Part shown: in pieces, positions 62,002 through 64,000 of the stretch
Position numbering within the stretch: the stretch's first letter is position 1
Layout: each line of letters starts with the position of its first letter
Origin: the human T2T-CHM13v2.0 reference genome, Homo sapiens
NCBI RefSeq assembly: GCF_009914755.1
Contig: NC_060925.1
DNA length: 64,000 bases
Direction: 5' to 3' (one strand)
Made by a program: the position numbers and the translations under genes
The notes under the pieces: generated by a model
Databases searched by the model: none
What the model saw: the letters and a program-made list of their open reading frames with translations, nothing else
Told to the model about the DNA's origin: nothing

Positions 62002-63619
62002 AAAAGATAATGTAGCCTTGCAGTTCACAATTAGCTGCTGGTCATATTATTAACTTGTGGCCAAACCAGAATAAAGACTCCTGAGGCATCATTTTCCTTT
62101 AGACAACTTCATTTTGTTCTTACTGTAATCTCTATTATAAATGAAGCACTTTGGCTGAGAACGATTTGTGTATCATACAGCTTGTCCATCCCATGTATGC
62201 AGTAATTAGTAATCCAGTCCTTGTGGTCTCATTTTCACTCACCCTCTCTTTCCCTTCATAAGCTCCACATCCCAAGAATAACAACCACCAAAAATCAACA
62301 GCACTGCTCTTCCCAGGAGAGAAAAGATCAATGTAATATGAAAGTCAGATGAGTTAACCTCTACTACTCACTTAAATGATGAACACCACCATCACTAACA
62401 TATTATTTCCAGGCTTCAGAATATGCATGTATCTGGCCATTTTATTCCCAATGCCAAGATGTGCCTCATTTGGCAGGAAGCATGTATCAGAGAAATACTT
62501 TCTTTCTTTTTATCATATTAATAGATGCCAATTTGAACTGAGCTAAAATTTGTATGGATAAGCCAGAGATTAGCAAGTAAACACAGACACTCTCCTGGAT
62601 ATAGCAGAATAGAAATACTGCTGACCTATGCATTCATGAATGACAATCCAAATATAATACAATGAGCCCTGCAATAACAAAGAGGCTAATTAGCTGTACA
62701 TGAAGAGAAGGGAAAATACTCTTTTCATATGGGTAAACTAAATTCAGTTCAAGGCCCTTTAGACCAATAACCATTTTAGACAACCTGACTAAAACGTATC
62801 TTAAAACCAAGTCAACTATGTTTTAGTAAAAAGAGAAAATTGACATAGTATCTTTTATATATCAACTGATCATCAGAGTGATACAAAGCAAACGCAAACT
62901 TCTGTTTTATTTTAAATTAAGAGACTAAAGGTGACAGAGAAAAAAAAAGGAAGTTAGTTAAAAACTACCAGGTCTCTAAGGAAGATATGTAAGTGTCTAG
63001 TGAGCAAATAATCCATTTATAGCACTATAAAAGAAATAATATAAATTATATATAATTACTTCTTTTGAAAAAAAATCGTTTTTAGTTTGAAAAACTATAC
63101 AGCAGGAAATTTTAAATCACAAAATTTAAAAATGCCAGTAATGAAATCATTTTGAATGAAACTGCTATTTGGGGATATTTTGATACAATATTTTATTTAA
63201 AAAAACTGAAAGTATAACACTTAGACTATTAATAATTATTAATTAATGCTAAAAACCCTCTGTGGACTAGATGGGAGGGAAACATTCTTGCCTGCAATCT
63301 CACAGGAAAGAGGACTGACTTTTCTCTTAAAGGACATGGCAATGGTTAGACCAGTTAACAGAGGAACCAAGGAAACTTGGGAATGGCCAAAGCCCATATC
63401 CAGCCAATAAGGGGAGGGAAGAGCCAGGGAAAATAACTTATCACCTTAGAGATTAGTCCTTGTAAGAGGCCTGAAGTTTGGACTACAATGTCTAAGAAAG
63501 ATATAGAAATATGGCTGTATTGAGGCTAGTGTCTGCTCAGGATTCTGATAACACTCAGGATTCTGTAGGTCCATTAGATTCTTTTTAAATCTCGAACTCA
63601 AGTCATAAAAAAGTAATAT

Positions 63620-64000
63620 TTATGTAGATTCAAATGAATAGAAATAAATATCAAAGTAGAAATCAATAAAGTAGAGCTACAATAGAGAAAATTAATAAAA
63701 CCAAAAGCTATTCTTTGAGAAAATAAATAAAATAGATAAAACTTCCACAAGACTAATCAGGAAATAAAGAGAAAAGATACAAATTACCAGTATCAGGGGT
63801 AAGAGAACTGACATCACTACAGATTGTACAGATATTAAATGAACAATAAGAGAATGTTATGAATAATCTTATGCCAATAAATTCAACAACTTAAAAAGAT
63901 CACTTTCTTAAAAGATGCAAACAACCAAAGCACACTCAAGAAGAAACAAATAATCTAAATAGCCCCTCATATATTAAAGGAATAAATGGAAGGCAGGCTA
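63620..64000 (+). mobile_element. Ancient L1M ORF2 fragment (runs off the window)
   Basis: caatagagaaaattaataaaaccaaaagctattctttgag...gacatcactacagat...tatgccaataaattcaacaactt. Confidence 0.8.

Overview
Primate (probably hominoid or human) AT-rich, repeat-dense non-coding DNA. I found no recognisable protein-coding gene, rRNA, tRNA, CRISPR array or CpG island. The longer ORFs in the track are LINE-1, Alu, Tigger or microsatellite read-throughs. The window is dominated by + strand LINE-1s: an internally deleted L1PB with TSDs (16.4-18.9 kb), a composite old+young L1PA (22.2-30.8 kb) and a full-length ~6.5 kb L1PA7-like copy with a 14-bp TSD (55.5-62.0 kb). It also holds about 11 Alus, MaLR/ERV solo LTRs, hAT/Tigger/mariner fossils, L2, MIR and a CR1 RT relic. 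The most notable signals are structural. (1) Several short segments were copied from 1-5 kb away into new sites, direct and inverted, one of them filling an L1 deletion junction. (2) The L1PB 5'UTR looks spliced. (3) A TSD-less L1 chimera suggests insertion-mediated deletion. (4) There is a twin-primed L1. (5) There is an ancient PIF/Harbinger-like palindrome and a MADE1/miR-548-type hairpin. (6) Both L1PA 5'UTRs keep ORF0-like antisense frames, pointing at candidate minus-strand exons. I cannot support a claim of a new biological system. Repeat subfamily names come from recalled consensus sequences and need Dfam/RepeatMasker confirmation; boundaries of old repeats are approximate.
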